Notes: generated from the sequence alone by a model not told the origin. A stretch of DNA of 64,000 bases from a bacterium (GCA_021814695.1 JAKAHY010000004.1:24481-88480); one strand, 5' to 3'. Shown: positions 36,223 to 45,721, counted from the stretch's first letter. A program made the numbers and translations.

Positions 36223-36855
36223 ATGGACAGCAAAAATTTAAGCAATAACAATACACCCAAATATAGAATTTGTATTTCGGGAGCGGCCGAAACAAGTCAT
36301 TGCGGCGAATCGGCTTTTTCGAAAGCAATAGAGCTCGGGAAAGAAATAATAAAACATAATGGAGTTTTGGTAACCGGAGCAACTACCGGATTTCCGTTCT
36401 GGACTGCAAGAGGAGCCAAGGAACAAGGGGGAATAGTTATCGGATTGTCTCCGGCAAGCAGCGAAAAAGAACATTTGCGCGTTTACAAACTTCCGACCGA
36501 ATATCATGACTTGATCACTTATACCGGTTTCGGATATTCCGGAAGAAATCTTCTTTTAACCAGATCTTCGGATGCGGTTATCGTAGGCTGCGGACGTCTG
36601 GGTACGCTCAACGAATTCACCATTGCCTTTGAGGATAAAAAACCCATCGGCGTTTTGGAGGGAGAATGGGAGGTTGACGATATTATAAAAGAGATTATTG
36701 CCAAAGGGCACAGAGGTAGGGGTAAAATAGCGTATTCCTCGGATCCAAAAGAGCTCGTCGAGAAAGTTATTGCTCTTATAGATGAAGAGAAAAAACTTGA
36801 ACAAAAAGAAACAACCGAAGAGGTATCCAAAGAGTCTCACGAAGGGGGCGAATAA
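36223..36855 (+). CDS. Rossmann-fold nucleotide-binding protein, TIGR00725/LOG-like
   Basis: 210 aa. The sequence ICISGAAETSHCGESAFSKAIELGKEII…VLVTGATTGFPFWTARGA…VIVGCGRLGTLNEF resembles the LOG/DprA-related family. Confidence 0.45.
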   Translation: MDSKNLSNNNTPKYRICISGAAETSHCGESAFSKAIELGKEIIKHNGVLVTGATTGFPFWTARGAKEQGGIVIGLSPASSEKEHLRVYKLPTEYHDLITYTGFGYSGRNLLLTRSSDAVIVGCGRLGTLNEFTIAFEDKKPIGVLEGEWEVDDIIKEIIAKGHRGRGKIAYSSDPKELVEKVIALIDEEKKLEQKETTEEVSKESHEGGE

Positions 36856-36858
36856 AAA

Positions 36859-36885
36859 AAGACGGCGGCCAAAGGCCGCCTTTTT
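36859..36885 (+). terminator. Rho-independent terminator
   Basis: GGCGGCC-AAA-GGCCGCC hairpin followed by TTTTT, directly after the 36855 stop. Confidence 0.7.
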
Positions 36886-36987
36886 GATATCAACAGCAAA
36901 GCTATTTTTTTTGCTATACTTATGGAAACCAAACCGAAATTTTAAAATAGTTTGGCAAAGGTCGGTAAAATCGCATTTTTATCGAAT

Positions 36988-37245
36988 ATGTCTAAGAAAA
37001 TTTCTCCCGTCGGAAAAATTACCCATATCTATTCAAAAATAGGTGTGGCAATAGTTAAATTTTCTAAACCGGTTGCAGTTGGCCAGTTGGTCCGTTTTAA
37101 GGGAAATTCGACAGACTTTGTCCAATCGATTGAATCGATCCAATACGACCATAAGCAGATTAAGAAGGCCACTAAGGGTCAGGAGGTTGGCATAAAAGTC
37201 AACGAAAAGATTCACGAAGGTGATAAAATATTTTTGGAAGCATAG
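36988..37245 (+). CDS. Hypothetical small beta-barrel protein (85 aa)
   Basis: The track starts at a TTG (36952). The ATG at 36988 (MSKKISPVGKITHIY…) is the more plausible start. The sequence resembles EF-Tu domain-2-like small barrels. Confidence 0.35.
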   Translation: MSKKISPVGKITHIYSKIGVAIVKFSKPVAVGQLVRFKGNSTDFVQSIESIQYDHKQIKKATKGQEVGIKVNEKIHEGDKIFLEA

Positions 37246-37257
37246 ATATTTTTTATA

Positions 37258-38421
37258 ATGAAAGCGTTTAGAGAGTTCATTCTACCGACTTCTATTCTGG
37301 CCGGCACTATTATTGGTGCGGGTATTTTTTCTTTACCCTACGTTTTTAGCCAGTCGGGATTGGGGCTGGGATATCTATTTTTGGTTTTATTCGGATTGGT
37401 TTATGTTGCGGTGCATACGATGTATGCCGACATCTTGATAAAAAACGGGGACCAGCATCGTTTCGCCGGATTGGCCAAAATATATTTCGGCCGGTTCGGC
37501 CACGGCCTTTCCGTGCTGATGACTATTATTGAAATGTTTTTTGTTTTGACAATATATCTTGTTCTTTCGGTAAGTTTTGTTTCTCTTATTTTTCCAAAAC
37601 TTCCAGCTATTTATCAGCTCGTTATTTTTTGGTGGCTGGGCACGTTGATTATATTCTCGGGAACAAAAAAAATGGCTTTTTTCGAGACGTTGGCGGTAAC
37701 CGGAATATTGGCCGCGATAGCGATAATCGCGTCATTGGGAGTGGCCGATTTTTTAAATAAGCCGTTTATATTTGTTTCTCCGCTATGGAAGTCCTGGTTA
37801 TTGCCGTTTGGGGCGCTACTTTTTTCGATTAATGGCAGACCGGCAATTCCCACAGTCACTCATTATTTCAGAAGGAACGGGTTTCCGGTGGAAAAATCAA
37901 AATGGCCAATAATTTGGGGCACTCTAATTCCTGTTGCCGCTTATGGAATTTTTGTTGCCGGGGCATTGGGTATGTCTTCTGTGGTTACCTCCGATACGAT
38001 AACTGGAATAGTGAGCTCAATTCCGTCTCATGTTCTGGTATTAGCCTTGGCGGTTCTCGGAGCATTATCGCTTATCAGTTCTTATTTTGCGATCGGTTTG
38101 GATGTTTTTAAATCTCTTGAATTGGATTTAAAATTTTCTAAAAGATTCGCTATGTTTTTGGTCATAGCGCTGCCGCTTATCATTTATTTTTTTGATATGG
38201 GGAATTTTATAACATTAATTGAAATTGCCGGAGGAATTTTCATCGGCGTTGAGGGACTTTTGATTGTTGCGATGTGGAGTAAAATGAAAAAAGGCCTGAT
38301 TGGGGCCGGAATTTCAGATAGGGGAATGATGCCTTTTAAATCCGATTATATTAAATACGGACTTTACGGAGTTTTTGGGATCAGCATCGCTTACGCAATT
38401 ATCTCAAGATTTTTCCACTAA
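37258..38421 (+). CDS. Amino-acid permease-like polytopic membrane transporter
   Basis: 387 aa with about 11 TM segments. The N-terminal ILAGTIIGAGIFSLPYVF is typical of aromatic/hydroxy amino-acid permeases. Confidence 0.5.
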   Translation: MKAFREFILPTSILAGTIIGAGIFSLPYVFSQSGLGLGYLFLVLFGLVYVAVHTMYADILIKNGDQHRFAGLAKIYFGRFGHGLSVLMTIIEMFFVLTIYLVLSVSFVSLIFPKLPAIYQLVIFWWLGTLIIFSGTKKMAFFETLAVTGILAAIAIIASLGVADFLNKPFIFVSPLWKSWLLPFGALLFSINGRPAIPTVTHYFRRNGFPVEKSKWPIIWGTLIPVAAYGIFVAGALGMSSVVTSDTITGIVSSIPSHVLVLALAVLGALSLISSYFAIGLDVFKSLELDLKFSKRFAMFLVIALPLIIYFFDMGNFITLIEIAGGIFIGVEGLLIVAMWSKMKKGLIGAGISDRGMMPFKSDYIKYGLYGVFGISIAYAIISRFFH

Positions 38422-38446
38422 GACCGGACTTATAAAGCGAGTGGCA

Positions 38447-39424
38447 TTATTTTAGGCCGACTTTCCTGTAAACTTCGTTGATTTTTTCTTGAGCGATTTT
38501 ATTTATCTTTTTGGACCCAGATTTAAGGATTGACAGGACTTTGTCGTCCGAAAGCGAGTAAAACTTCTTTTGAAAATCGGAAAGGAAAGAGATAACCGCT
38601 TGAGCAGTGTCGATTTTTAGTTTTCCGTAGTTTTCTCCAAAATAGGATTCCTCAACGGCTTTAAGGTCTCTGTTTGTAACCAGAGAAAGAATCGTTAAAA
38701 GATTGGATACCCCGGGCTTTCTTGCGGGGTCATATTTTATAACAGTCTCCGAATCGGTAACCGACTTTTTTATTTTGTCGGTAATAACTTCGGGGGAATC
38801 GGTCAGGGCAATATAATTGTAAGGTGACGGCGCGCTTTTAGACATTTTTTGGAGCGGGTTGTCCAAGGCCATTATTTTTGACCCGAATTTAGTAATTAAT
38901 GGTTCGGGGGTTTTGAATGTTTTCCCGTACAAATCGTTGAATCGACGGGCAAGTTCGCGAGTGATCTCCAGATGTTGCCTTTGGTCTTCCCCAACCGGGA
39001 CAATGTCGGTGTCATAAAGTAAGACGTCGGCTGCCATTAGAACCGGATAATTCAAAAGCCCGGCCATTGTAGACCTATTTTTTGAAGCCTTGTCTTTATA
39101 TTGAGTCATCAATTCCAATTCTGGAACTTTGGTGATCGTGTTTAATATCCAGTAAAGCTGGGTATGGGCCGGAACATCCGATTGGACAAAGAGGGTGGAT
39201 TTTTTAGGGTCAATTCCGAGGGCTAGAATAATTTTTGCAGTATCTATAATTTTTCGCCTTAGGGCCTTGGGGTCCTGATAAACCGTTATAGAGTGGAGAT
39301 CAACAACCGAAAAGATGCATTCATAATCATCTTGCATTTGAGTCCAATTTCTTAAGGCTCCCAAATAATTACCCAGATGAATCGTCCCTGATGGTTGAAT
39401 TCCTGAAAAAACTATTTTTTTCAT
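38447..39424 (-). CDS. trpS: Tryptophanyl-tRNA synthetase
   Basis: 325 aa. The HIGH-type motif GIQPSGTIHLGNY and the KMSKS motif are both present. Confidence 0.9.
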   Translation of the reverse strand: MKKIVFSGIQPSGTIHLGNYLGALRNWTQMQDDYECIFSVVDLHSITVYQDPKALRRKIIDTAKIILALGIDPKKSTLFVQSDVPAHTQLYWILNTITKVPELELMTQYKDKASKNRSTMAGLLNYPVLMAADVLLYDTDIVPVGEDQRQHLEITRELARRFNDLYGKTFKTPEPLITKFGSKIMALDNPLQKMSKSAPSPYNYIALTDSPEVITDKIKKSVTDSETVIKYDPARKPGVSNLLTILSLVTNRDLKAVEESYFGENYGKLKIDTAQAVISFLSDFQKKFYSLSDDKVLSILKSGSKKINKIAQEKINEVYRKVGLK

Positions 39425-39469
39425 AATGACTAATTATAACGCTAATTTAAAAGGCGCGTAAGACGCACG

Positions 39470-39901
39470 CTAAAGGCCGATCTCATTTTGAATCGACTGG
39501 AAAAACTGTTTGTCTTTGGGGTGGGTTAAAATTTCGGTAACCTCGTTTTTATCTACCCACTTAGCTTCTGGATTTTCCGGGTCAACCGGTTTCAATTCGA
39601 TATCGGAAGTAATAAACAAAAACATTTTTATGATTTTAAAAGTATTCTTGTCTTCGCCGCCGTCTTTACCGATTCGAAAACGCCCATAGGTCCCAAGAGA
39701 CTTTATTAAGACAAGGTTTTTTACTCCCGATTCTTCGTATATTTCTCGTTTGGCGGCATCGATTTCGTTTTCGTCCGGATCAATGCCCCCTTTAGGGAGA
39801 GACCAGCTGTTTCCGTGCTGGCTGACAATAAGGATTTTTCCGCTGTTGTTTATTACGACTCCTCCGGCACTTACGCGCATTGTCAGGTTTTGATTTTCCA
39901 T
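39470..39901 (-). CDS. NUDIX hydrolase
   Basis: 143 aa with the Nudix box GGIDPDENEIDAAKREIYEESGV. Confidence 0.8.
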   Translation of the reverse strand: MENQNLTMRVSAGGVVINNSGKILIVSQHGNSWSLPKGGIDPDENEIDAAKREIYEESGVKNLVLIKSLGTYGRFRIGKDGGEDKNTFKIIKMFLFITSDIELKPVDPENPEAKWVDKNEVTEILTHPKDKQFFQSIQNEIGL

Positions 39902-39904
39902 GTT

Positions 39905-41659
39905 TTATACCTCAATTACTACCGGCAGGATCATAGGTCGGCGCTTGGTTTTATTGTAGACAAACTGGCCGATCTGATCGCGGAGCAATCCTTTGAGATA
40001 ATCGGACTCCAGTGATTGAAAGCGGGGAATTCGGCCGATGAGGCCTTTTATTTTTTTCCGCACCTCCTCAACCATCTCTTTATTTTCTTTGAGATAAATA
40101 AATCCTCGGGAGATAATGTCGGGATTTTTGAGGAATCTTCCGGTACGCCTATCAAGAGTTACAATAACCACCATCATTCCTTCCTGAGCCAATAACATCC
40201 TGTCTCTGACAACGACTTCTTCAACGTCACCGACGCCAAGACCATCAACCATTACGTAATATGCAGGAACGGAATCTTGGGAAATTTTAATTCTATCGGA
40301 ATAAATATTGACAACTTGGCCATTGTCCACCAAAAAGCAATTTTCCGCGACAACTCCCTTTTCTTTGGCGTTTTCAACATTAGCTGCGCGCATGAAATAC
40401 ATGCCGTGTATCGGAATGAAGTATTTTGGTTTTATGGTTCCGATTATCAATTTTAGATCTTCGGAGGGTCCGTGTCCGCTTGCGTGGACGTCAATGTGCT
40501 GGGTTTGAATGACCCTGGCTCCTTGGCGGGTAAGATTATCTTTAAGGGTTTGAACCGGCTTTTCATTTCCGGGAATTACAGATGCGGAGAAGATTATAGT
40601 ATCCCCCTTTTTGATGGTTATGTGTTTGTTTTCGCCGTTGGCGATTTTCATCATACTCGCCTTAGGCTCTCCTTGAGCGCCCGTGCTCAATACAAGAATT
40701 TTATCATCCTTATATTTGTGAATTTCTTCAAGCGGCACAATCAAACCCTTGGTCATTTTTATATAACCGAGGCTTTGGGCGATATTAACGTTGGTTTTTA
40801 ACGATAACCCGCTCAGAAAAACTTTACGGCCGTGTTTTTCGGCTATTTGTAAAATAGGAGCGATTCTTGTAAGAAGCGAAGCAAAGAGTCCGATAATAAT
40901 TCTACCCTCCGCCTTTCCTATCAACTCGTCCAGATTTTTTTCAACCGTTTTTTCGGAAAGCGATTTTCCGGGAGCTTCAGCCCGGGTGCTTTCCAGGAAT
41001 AGAGTGTGGATTTTTTGTTCGCGCATCTTTTCGAAAACTTCAAGACGATGCGGATTACCTTCGGAATCGTAGTCAACCTTAATGTCCGAAAGATACGCAA
41101 AATTTCCTACGGGAGTTTTTAAAATCGTAGAGATTGAATCGGGGATGGTGTGCTCGGTCTCAAAAAATTCTGCCTCAATATGTTCCGAAAGGCGCACCTT
41201 CTCCCCCCCTTTCACCACTTGAATGAATAATTTTGACGTGTGAGGAAAGTCATCCTGGCGTTTTTTTATGATTTCCCTGGTTAATGCCGCCGTATAGATA
41301 GGGATTGAGGGCCCCAATTTTTCCATGAGATAAGGAATGGCTCCAAGGTGGTCATAGTGTCCGTGCGTTATGACGACTGCTTTTATGTTTTTCTTTTTTG
41401 GGATCAGGCTTTGGACATTGGGGATGATGTAGTCTATTCCCGGAGTATCTTCTTCGGGAAATTGCAGACCCATATCGAAAATAATTATTTCGTTTCCGTA
41501 CTCGAACATTGACATATTCCGTCCTATCTCTTCCAATCCTCCCAAGGGAACGAATCTGACTACTTCTTCGGCCGGGTGTGCATGATCAACCTCGCGCGAA
41601 ACTTCGCGGTGAGTTTTTTGCGGACGCTGGGCCCGCTTTTTTGTATTTGTGTATACCAT
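39905..41659 (-). CDS. rnj: Ribonuclease J
   Basis: Metallo-beta-lactamase/beta-CASP motifs (IFDMGLQFP; ITHGHYDHLGAIPYL) and an RNase J C-terminal domain are present. The track start at 41758 runs across the upstream tRNA, so I used the ATG giving MVYTNTKKRA… (plus-strand CAT at 41657-41659). Confidence 0.85.
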   Translation of the reverse strand: MVYTNTKKRAQRPQKTHREVSREVDHAHPAEEVVRFVPLGGLEEIGRNMSMFEYGNEIIIFDMGLQFPEEDTPGIDYIIPNVQSLIPKKKNIKAVVITHGHYDHLGAIPYLMEKLGPSIPIYTAALTREIIKKRQDDFPHTSKLFIQVVKGGEKVRLSEHIEAEFFETEHTIPDSISTILKTPVGNFAYLSDIKVDYDSEGNPHRLEVFEKMREQKIHTLFLESTRAEAPGKSLSEKTVEKNLDELIGKAEGRIIIGLFASLLTRIAPILQIAEKHGRKVFLSGLSLKTNVNIAQSLGYIKMTKGLIVPLEEIHKYKDDKILVLSTGAQGEPKASMMKIANGENKHITIKKGDTIIFSASVIPGNEKPVQTLKDNLTRQGARVIQTQHIDVHASGHGPSEDLKLIIGTIKPKYFIPIHGMYFMRAANVENAKEKGVVAENCFLVDNGQVVNIYSDRIKISQDSVPAYYVMVDGLGVGDVEEVVVRDRMLLAQEGMMVVIVTLDRRTGRFLKNPDIISRGFIYLKENKEMVEEVRKKIKGLIGRIPRFQSLESDYLKGLLRDQIGQFVYNKTKRRPMILPVVIEV

Positions 41660-41680
41660 AAGATTTTTATTTGTAATATG

Positions 41681-41764
41681 TGCCCGGGAGAGGATTTGAA
41701 CCTCCATGACCTTGCGGTCACAGCGACCTGAACGCTGCGTGTCTGCCAGTTTCACCACCCGGGC
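41681..41764 (-). tRNA. tRNA-Leu (anticodon CAG)
   Basis: Reverse complement GCCCGGGTGGTGAAACTGGCAGACACGCAGCGTTCAGGTCGCTGTGACCGCAAGGTCATGGAGGTTCAAATCCTCTCCCGGGCA. It has a 7-bp acceptor stem, D arm, anticodon loop TT-CAG-GT, a long variable arm (class II), a T arm GGAGG/CCTCT with TTCAAAT loop, and discriminator A. CCA is not encoded. Confidence 0.8.
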
Positions 41765-41770
41765 AATTAT

Positions 41771-42547
41771 TTAAAATGTATGAACTAATTTGGACGTAAA
41801 GCGTTTGGGCTCGGTTAAGAACAAAAATTTTTCGGGATTTTTTATGAACTCTTCGTACAGGGGAGCCGTTTTACTTATATCTAGAGGAAGTTTTCCGTAA
41901 GTTTTGATTTTTTTCAATGAATAATATTTTTTTTGGCGTGGATTTCTTTCGAATATCAGCTTGCCTTTATTCCAAATCGGATACCATGCGGGTCCGGACG
42001 TCTTTTTGAAGAAAGAATAATCGGAGGCGTTGTTTCTATCGACAAAGATATTGGCGATTACAAGCGGTGTTTTTAAAGATGCATTTGCCGTAATGTGCCC
42101 GCAATCCGGGGGAATGATTATTTTTTGGCCGGAACTTCTGTAAATTGCATAAAGTTCGTGATTGGTATTGTTTTGAATCAGAAAAATTGCACTGCCGTAA
42201 ATTACCTGATAAATTTCCGGCGGCCTACCTGTTCTCGAGAGATTTTTGTGGATATGTCCGATAGTTCTGTGAGTTTCACGCCCTACCAGACCGGGGGTTA
42301 TGACGGTTAAGTCATAACGGACCCCACTCCGAGAAAATAGGGGTTTATCTTTTTTAAGGCAACTATTTCTGTAAATATAGTATAAATCCTGATTTTTGTC
42401 CAGTTTTTTGTTGTTAAAGAAGGCTTCATTTCCGGAATACATTCTTGTTGTAGCTTTGGCACGATTCAAAGAAGAGCCGAAAAACAACCCTTTCTTCCCA
42501 AGCTTTATAGGAAGACCGGATCGTTTTGATAAGTTTGGCTTAAACAT
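41771..42547 (-). CDS. Cupin-fold protein resembling archaeal-type (cupin) glucose-6-phosphate isomerase
   Basis: 258 aa. The segment PGLVGRETHRTIGHIHKNLSRTGRPPEIYQVIYGSAIFLIQ matches the cPGI core pattern (GK.E...T.GHFH.K..R.EVY..L.G.G..LLQ) as I recall it from Pyrococcus/Thermococcus cPGI. Confidence 0.45.
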   Translation of the reverse strand: MFKPNLSKRSGLPIKLGKKGLFFGSSLNRAKATTRMYSGNEAFFNNKKLDKNQDLYYIYRNSCLKKDKPLFSRSGVRYDLTVITPGLVGRETHRTIGHIHKNLSRTGRPPEIYQVIYGSAIFLIQNNTNHELYAIYRSSGQKIIIPPDCGHITANASLKTPLVIANIFVDRNNASDYSFFKKTSGPAWYPIWNKGKLIFERNPRQKKYYSLKKIKTYGKLPLDISKTAPLYEEFIKNPEKFLFLTEPKRFTSKLVHTF

Positions 42548-42550
42548 AGT

Positions 42551-44227
42551 TTACTTAAAAATCCTTTTCGTTTTTACGTACCAATCGGTTACGTCGGTAA
42601 AGCGAGTATCGGGTAAGGACATATTTCCGATATTGATTCCCGACAAGCTTCTCTTGTGTGTGTAAAGATAATAAGGGGATACAAGGAATGCCGCCGGCGT
42701 ATCCTGAACGATTGTTTTTTGGAGCTGGTCCAGTTTTGATTGATGTTGGCTACCATAGGGGTCAAGTTGTCGGGCCGATTCTATAAGCTGATCGGCGGCG
42801 GAACTGTCATAAAGTGCCAGATTGTATCCGGGATAGAATTTTTGGGACGAATGCCACAAAGAATATAAATCCGGAACCTGGGAAATTATATTTCCGTACA
42901 ACAAGGCTTCGTAGTCTCGGGTGTGAATTACCTGATCGTCGATTTGCTGGGGGTCTACTATCGCTACCGATGAATTTACTCCTATCGAATTCCAATAATT
43001 TTGAATCATTTTGGCGACAATGTTTTGAGGATAAAGGTCCGGAGTTTTTATCGTTATTGAAAGTTGGGTTGTATTGTTCTTATCCTTCTTTTCCCAGAAT
43101 TTTGTATCCTGATTGAATTGCCACCCGTCTTTGCTTATGAGATCGCGGGCTGATTGCGGATCGTAAGAGTCTAATGGCTCAATTGCCGGATTGTAGGATG
43201 AAAGAGATGAGGGAATTGGTCCGTGCTCTATTGATGCGTTACCGCCAAATACAGTTTTTACGATTTCATCCTTATTAATAGCTTCGTTGAGCGCCTGGCG
43301 GATATTTTCCGAAGCCAATGCCGGATTAGCGTTCTGATTGAAAAATATCGCGTAATATTTTGAAGTTGGCACCGATAATGTTGTCGAATTAAGTTTTATG
43401 TTATCCAAAATCCTTCTGTCATATGTTCCGAATCCGTCCACCAATCCGAGGTTATAAGCTTGCATAAGCGAGTCGCTGTTTTCAAAGAATTTAACGACGA
43501 ACGATTTTATATGAGGCACGTTTCCTATGGCCGAATAATTATCATTGGCCTTGAGAGAGTATGAGGAAATAAATCCGTCACGCCGTTTTTCCAAAAAATC
43601 ATACATAAAAGGTCCGCTCCCGATCGGTTCGAGCATATAAGGAGAAAGGCGCAAATTAAGAGGTGCTTGAGAAAGGTCGGCAAAGAGTTTCTTTGGAACC
43701 GGCCTAAGATCCTTAAGGACATTTTCAAACAAAGAATAAGGAGTGGCCAACTCAAACTGAATTTCGCGCTCACTGATTCGATGAGGAACCACGTTTTGCC
43801 AATCGGAAAACGAGGGAGACAAAGTGCTTGGGTTTTGGATAGTCTGAATCGTAAAAATGACATCGTCGCTGGTTATTGGAGTTCCATCGTGCCAAACCGC
43901 TCCGTCTTTTAGGCGCATATCCCAAACTTTAAAATTTGAGTCGTGTTTAATGCTTTCGGAAAGATCGTATGCCGAGGCAAAGATAAGGGAAACCAGATCA
44001 CTGTCGGGAGTATTGTTTTTTGCCAAAAGGGGATTAACAAACGAAGGTTGTCCGATTACGCCTTCCGTATAAGAACCGCCGTCTGCCGGCATAATTATTG
44101 TTATTTGGCCAACCAATATAAGACCCAGAAGAACGCCCGAAACGATAAAAATAACAATTGAGCCGGCGAAAAAAAGGCGTTCCCGCTTTGAAAAAGCTTT
44201 CAGTATTTGTACCAACAAAGAGATCAT
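42551..44227 (-). CDS. ABC transporter substrate-binding protein, family 5 (Opp/Dpp-like), N-terminally TM-anchored
   Basis: 558 aa with an N-terminal TM anchor. The segment KVWDMRLKDGAVWHDGTPITSDDVIFT is typical of family-5 SBPs. No permease or ATPase genes are adjacent. Confidence 0.65.
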   Translation of the reverse strand: MISLLVQILKAFSKRERLFFAGSIVIFIVSGVLLGLILVGQITIIMPADGGSYTEGVIGQPSFVNPLLAKNNTPDSDLVSLIFASAYDLSESIKHDSNFKVWDMRLKDGAVWHDGTPITSDDVIFTIQTIQNPSTLSPSFSDWQNVVPHRISEREIQFELATPYSLFENVLKDLRPVPKKLFADLSQAPLNLRLSPYMLEPIGSGPFMYDFLEKRRDGFISSYSLKANDNYSAIGNVPHIKSFVVKFFENSDSLMQAYNLGLVDGFGTYDRRILDNIKLNSTTLSVPTSKYYAIFFNQNANPALASENIRQALNEAINKDEIVKTVFGGNASIEHGPIPSSLSSYNPAIEPLDSYDPQSARDLISKDGWQFNQDTKFWEKKDKNNTTQLSITIKTPDLYPQNIVAKMIQNYWNSIGVNSSVAIVDPQQIDDQVIHTRDYEALLYGNIISQVPDLYSLWHSSQKFYPGYNLALYDSSAADQLIESARQLDPYGSQHQSKLDQLQKTIVQDTPAAFLVSPYYLYTHKRSLSGINIGNMSLPDTRFTDVTDWYVKTKRIFK

Positions 44228-44451
44228 TATCTAATGAAAAGATTGGCAAGCGATGCGCCTGCGAATAATACAAGCCCGACAATAGTTGCTATAAAAATAA
44301 CCTTTTCCAAGCCTCGGCGTTGCTGGTAAAAACCGGCCTCGCCTCCGCCTCCGAAAGATTCTGAAACTCCACTCCCTCTTTCCTGAAGAAGCACTAGTAT
44401 TATTAACGCGACGGCAAGTACCAGTTGCGCTATTTTAACGAAAGTAGCCAT
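44227..44451 (-). CDS. secG: Preprotein translocase subunit SecG
   Basis: 74 aa with two TM helices and the G-rich loop LLQERGSGVSESFGGGGEAG. Confidence 0.65.
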   Translation of the reverse strand: MATFVKIAQLVLAVALIILVLLQERGSGVSESFGGGGEAGFYQQRRGLEKVIFIATIVGLVLFAGASLANLFIR

Positions 44452-44453
44452 GT

Positions 44454-44831
44454 TTATGAATATGCCTTTTTGGCAGCGAAACCAATAATAAAGTGAACTG
44501 CACTTATGATGAGAGTAGCATAGACCAGCGGATAAAGTCCAGCGGACATATCGATTGATACGCCAATGGGATAGATTCTGTATAAAAGATACAAGACAAT
44601 AGCATTAACGACTAAAACTCCCAATCCGAAGGTTATCAGTACCAGCGGACTCAAAAGTAATCTCAGAATCGGCCTGACAAATAGATTGAGGATTGTAAAA
44701 ATAGCGGCGACCTTCAGGTAAGTGACGGGATCGGAGGAAAGAGAAAAGCCTTTTACAAAATAAGCCGCTAAAATCAATCCGATCAGATTTATAATGAAAA
44801 TGATCACTATTCGGGCGATTAATTTAATCAT
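44454..44831 (-). CDS. Small 4-TM membrane protein (YvlD/DUF360, holin-superfamily-IV-like)
   Basis: 125 aa, four hydrophobic helices, no soluble domain. Confidence 0.45.
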   Translation of the reverse strand: MIKLIARIVIIFIINLIGLILAAYFVKGFSLSSDPVTYLKVAAIFTILNLFVRPILRLLLSPLVLITFGLGVLVVNAIVLYLLYRIYPIGVSIDMSAGLYPLVYATLIISAVHFIIGFAAKKAYS

Positions 44832-44981
44832 ATTTTTATCCGTTCTATTATGTGTTTATTTTACCTCTTTTTCGGTTATCCACACAATCCTTTGTTTTTG
44901 GCTCCGCCTGCCGTATAATTAATAAAAGATATATGTTAAAGGTCGATTTATCGATTAATTGCAGCGGAAAATCTTAATTAT

Positions 44982-45662
44982 ATGGTCTTATCTTGGTCAG
45001 ATGTTATCGTAGCCTCGTTTCAGCAGGCATGGCAAACAGTGATTCATTTTCTGCCGTCGTTTATCGCGGCCTTGATTGTTCTTATAGTCGGCCTGTTGAT
45101 TGCGTCGGTATTGAGGGCTTTGCTGGAAAAAGTCATTTCAGCCATGAAGTTGGATGTTGTGCTTAAGAAGCTTGGGCTTGATGAAGTAATGAACCGCGCC
45201 GGATATCAACTTAACAGCGGCAAATTTGTAGGCGCTTTAGTCTACTGGTTTGTTGTTGTCGTTATTGTTCTGGCGGTTTCTGACGTATTGCAATTGTGGG
45301 GCCTTTCAACCTTCCTTAATGAAGTGTTATTGTATTTCCCCAATATCATTGTTGCAGTGCTTATCTTGCTTGCAGCATTGGTTGTTGCCAACTTCTTGCG
45401 CGGACTTGTTCGCGCATCGGTTGCGAGCGCCAGACTTCATGCTCCCAAATTCCTTGGCGCATTGACGTGGTGGGCGGTAGTCATCTTCGGATTATTGGCG
45501 GCATTCTTGCAACTTGGAGTTGCGGGAGCGCTGATTCAGACAATTGTTATGGGATTCATCGCTATGCTTGCGCTGGCTGGAGGTATTGCCTTTGGTCTTG
45601 GCGGCAAGGATTATGCGGCGCATCTTGTTAACAAATTGCGCGAACATACCGAAGGAAAATAA
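44982..45662 (+). CDS. Membrane protein with conserved TM-helix repeats (small mechanosensitive-channel-like)
   Basis: 226 aa. It shows an internally repeated helix architecture (…LIVLIVGLLIASVLRALLEKV… / …VLILLAALVVANFLRGLVRAS…). A candidate promoter (TTGTTT, 16-nt spacer, TATAAT at 44912-44917) lies upstream. Confidence 0.45.
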   Translation: MVLSWSDVIVASFQQAWQTVIHFLPSFIAALIVLIVGLLIASVLRALLEKVISAMKLDVVLKKLGLDEVMNRAGYQLNSGKFVGALVYWFVVVVIVLAVSDVLQLWGLSTFLNEVLLYFPNIIVAVLILLAALVVANFLRGLVRASVASARLHAPKFLGALTWWAVVIFGLLAAFLQLGVAGALIQTIVMGFIAMLALAGGIAFGLGGKDYAAHLVNKLREHTEGK

Positions 45663-45675
45663 CTATTACAACAAA

Positions 45676-45703
45676 CACTCCGGCATTTGCCGGGGTGTTT
45701 TTG
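45676..45703 (+). terminator. Rho-independent terminator
   Basis: 10-bp stem CACTCCGGCA / TGCCGGGGTG (one G-U pair) with loop TT, followed by TTTTTG. Confidence 0.65.
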
Positions 45704-45721
45704 TTTGACCGCTTTTATTTA

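Noticed and set aside
41660-41758. N-terminal extension of the RNase J ORF given in the track
   Set aside because: The extension is the complementary strand of tRNA-Leu. The start was moved to 41659.
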